DNA of 53,288 nucleotides, filler included, from Catajapyx aquilonaris (taxonomy: Eukaryota): NCBI GenBank assembly GCA_000934665.2. It is 3 parts of 3 records of this genome, joined end to end, with 100 filler letters (N's around TTAATTAATTAA, not from the genome) between each part and the next. Parts side by side here need not be neighbours in the genome. Positions count along the whole stretch, not along the records: positions 35,570 to 53,288 come from JYFJ02006900.1; 2 more parts are not named here. One strand, written 5' to 3'. The stretch's first letter is position 1. Each line of letters opens with the position of its first letter. Positions 50,501 through 53,288 of this stretch are shown in pieces. A program made the position numbers and the translations under genes. The notes beneath the pieces were generated by a model. It was given only the letters and a program-made list of their open reading frames with translations, was not told the origin of the DNA and made no database searches.

Positions 50501-52774
50501 CATCAGTTGACTCACCAACTAGGGAACGTGCAATGAAGCCACTTGGAGGGAGATTTTTGAGGGATGCCCTTCTTAAAGATGGGGTAGGCACAAGAAATCA
50601 GGCGAAACGGGGGGTTTTGAGGCACCACACGCCACGGTATGGAGCAGTTTTCCTTCCTGTCTACACATACGACTGCTCCTTGGGTGCACTCATACCTCAG
50701 CTGGTGTCTAGTGAGAGGGGGCCAAGGGGCAAGGATGTGTTTGTGGACAACACTTTCACTTTCGATCAAAGTGAAAGGAGGCGGAGTCTGGAGGAGGAGC
50801 TGGAGCCAGAGCTTATCCCACTTACCAAGCATGCTAGTCCGGAACCAAAGTCTGAGGATTCGGAGGGAACAGCAGGTAAGGAAAGAAACTGCTCTCATGA
50901 TGACATAAATCAAACCCATCATTTTATATGAATATGTTGTTATATGCTTTAGGAATTAAATTTTAAAGGTACTCGTGTCACTCTTGTCACAAGTTTTAAG
51001 ATGATAAAAAATTGTACTAGATTCTTTTTGGTCAGTGTTGTCATTTATCTTTTTCTTTTATAAAATCTTGGACACTTGAGAATTGTCAGGAGTGGAGAGC
51101 TTTCTGCTGTTACTAGTGTGGGATGCTTCACTATAATTGAAGGGTTCAACAGCTCAACTTGAGAGTTCTCAACTTCCCTGATAAGTTGCTTTTTGAATGC
51201 AGGAAGTGGACCCTATTGTATATACAACACTTTTGCTGCACAGTTGAACAAACTTAATTGGGTGTGACCAAAATGTTACGTTACTTTGTTCATATTTTAT
51301 TGTAATTATTTCAGTGTGGAGAAGAGTTTGGGATATGTGGGGGAGGGGTGGGAGAGAGAAAAGGGAACTGGTTCAGTTTTATTCTTGGACATGTTTTATT
51401 GCGCACTGCAGCTCCGCATAATTTCAACTTTTTGCAGATAAGCATACTCTGAAATTTCACTACAGCACTCTGGAAGTGGCATACCACAAGTGCTTTGTGT
51501 TCTCTCTCTTCAAATCCCTGCAGCAGAACTCTTACATGCACTGTAATGATGTTCAGTCAGGGGTGGATGTTTGCGAGGAGACTCTTATTCAGGTGGACAT
51601 TACCCAGTTCATTGAGGTGAGTTATTGTGGTAAGAATATGCGCTGCTATACTGTCACAGTTTCATTCAAGTACAGTACTGAGAAATTTATGCTCATAGTC
51701 CGATGGCATATTTATTGAGATTTTTGTCTTTCTTTTCACAATAGTACGCAGCAGTAGTGATAATGTTTATTGTATCGTTGACTTCAAATGACTTTGCTTC
51801 TTTCAGACCATTTGTGGCCATGTGAAAGACTTCTGCTTGAAGACCAAGTTTGAACAGAGGCACAAGAAAGAGAAGGGCTCCAACAGCTGCAGTGAGGATG
51901 AGGAAGAGGATGATGAAGGGAGTGACTTGGATGAAAACATGCATCCAGTTCACAACTTTCCCATACAATTACTGAAGCTGCACCAGCCCTGTGAGAGCAT
52001 CCTGCAGCTGCATGAACATGTCAAGAAGAAGTTCACCCATATCTTACAAGATGCATTCAGGCCAATCAGCTCTCTCGATGACTACTACTTTTACTGCCCA
52101 TCAAACTTAGATGAAATTAAGATGGTAAGCAAATTTTTTAAAGGAGGAGCTCTTTGCTTTAGCTTTCGAGGAGGAGTTGCAGGGATTTGGATATCTGAGT
52201 TGTGTGTGGATTTATTGAAATGTGTTGTTCGGTTGGGATATATTCATGAGAAGAAGAAAAAAAAAGCAAAGGTGTGGCGAGTACATGTGCATTTGTTTGC
52301 AGAAGAAGGCAACAATACCTGGGATCAAAACCTCTCAGCACTGTCAAACTGCATCAGGTGTACAGGTAATTTGTCAGCCCAGTAATATAATATCTTGGGA
52401 GCAAAAGAAAGTGCGCATTTGTAGATACTAATCTGAAATGGAACTCTGAGCCAGAGAGCAATTCCAGATATATTGCTGCATGAACCTTGGAAACTACAAG
52501 GCAACATTTGAACTTCAGTATGCTTTTATTGTGGGTTGCAAGCAATGGTAGCGTGGAATAGTGGTGTGCTTCAGATGCATGTCAAAGCTTGTTGGATAGT
52601 TGTGCAGTATATTGGAGTATGAAATAAATTTTGCTTTACAGAGATTGGATTCATTTGGGGGCACTGAGAATGAAAGAACATCTGTTATATCTGAAGTTGA
52701 TGACTCTGCAGACATGATCACGTTCAAGCATGAAGCTTCTGAGTTTTGGCCCGCAGACATGGGAAGCACTTCAT
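35570..52774 (+). CDS. SZT2: SZT2 (KICSTOR complex subunit), partial at both ends; exons 35570-35663, 35734-35916, 36152-36229, 36307-36537, 36714-36876, 37395-37615, 37727-37857, 37943-38066, 38140-38278, 38731-38974, 39272-39541, 39668-39782, 39865-40067, 40822-41037, 41100-41178, 41768-41883, 42190-42355, 47892-48010, 49403-49539, 49615-49854, 49985-50875, 51438-51616, 51807-52124, 52642-52774
   Basis: Recognisable SZT2 peptides [89 protein letters not shown] and ITECWIEPQHG. Exons join in phase with GT-AG; no stop reached in the window. Confidence 0.93.
36908..37260. mobile_element. pogo/Tigger-like MITE in an SZT2 intron
   Basis: TA|cagtagaacctcgattatta ... taataatcgggtttctactg|TA. Confidence 0.85.
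40141..40645. mobile_element. GC-rich MITE with perfect 22-bp TIRs in an SZT2 intron
   Basis: agggtcattcccacgtgccaca ... tgtggcacgtgggaatgaccct. Flanked by AGT on both sides (3-bp TSD, PIF/Harbinger-like); alternatively TA with GGG ends. Confidence 0.9.
43838..44132 (+). mobile_element. tRNA-derived SINE family 1, full length, in the long SZT2 intron
   Basis: Colinear with 26043-26344. 14-bp TSD tagtac(t/a)tggcaat at 43824-43837 and 44133-44146. Confidence 0.93.
47484..47536 (-). mobile_element. 53-bp 5'-truncated non-LTR retroelement tail
   Basis: Perfect 16-bp TSD ctttttatccacactt (47468-47483, 47537-47552). Minus strand reads gtccccctaaaagggatcagccctagaatggggtaacg followed by a (TAAA)n/A-rich tail. 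Confidence 0.85.
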
Positions 52775-53158
52775 GTAAGTTGAAGAATTCACCAAAACTG
52801 TTGGGCACTTCTATACAGTGTCACTTTTATTTATAAATTGAACTTTCCAAAGTCCGAGTTATCTGTAAGCTGAATAAAATGGGTTGATGACAATGTGGAA
52901 ATAACTACAAAATCACCTGTTAAGATCAAAAATCATCATAAGAGTTACCAGAGGTCTGTTACAAATTCATGTTTACTCCTAGAAAGGAAGTGCTGCAGCA
53001 TTACATGTGCTAGTTCTGTTTAATAATAGTAATAACTAAACAGTGTCAAAGTAATGCAAATGTTATGCATTGCAATATTGGCTTCAGGTTTAAGCCAGCT
53101 ATATAAATGTAGGTAGAGGCCATTTGTCCATATTTATTGCACCTGCCACATTAGTATA

Positions 53159-53288
53159 CAGGGTGTTTACGACCTAACTTTACAAACTTTCAGGGGTAAT
53201 AGAGGGGACCAAGACAAACATTTTTGACATAGGAAACCGTGTCCGGAAACGCCATCTAGAGGGGGTTCATAGACGAGGAACGGGTGCG
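53159..53288 (+). mobile_element. Probable left end of a mariner-type MITE, cut by the window edge
   Basis: TA|CAGGGTGT start, as in the 17067 element; right TIR not visible. Confidence 0.5.

Overview
Eukaryotic animal genomic DNA from a draft assembly; short GT-AG introns, tRNA-SINEs, MITEs and Helitron-like pieces suggest an arthropod. Two artificial 100-bp linkers (44N-TTAATTAATTAA-44N at 17731-17830 and 35470-35569) split the window into three segments whose adjacency is unproven. Segment 1 (1-17.7 kb) has no supportable host gene. It is a repeat graveyard with a multi-level nested insertion at 13.2-14.9 kb and a near-perfect 78-bp palindrome. Segment 2 holds three tandem, intact 5-exon GT31 beta-1,3-glycosyltransferase genes (+) with diverged active-site motifs. 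It also holds a spliced ~809-aa Pro/Gln-rich protein gene (-) whose C-terminal MYND finger only appears after splicing. Segment 3 is the 5' part of SZT2 (KICSTOR subunit), running off the window end. I see no prokaryotic-type system, CRISPR array or autonomous transposon. All exon models were assembled by eye, with phases checked; no database searches were run.
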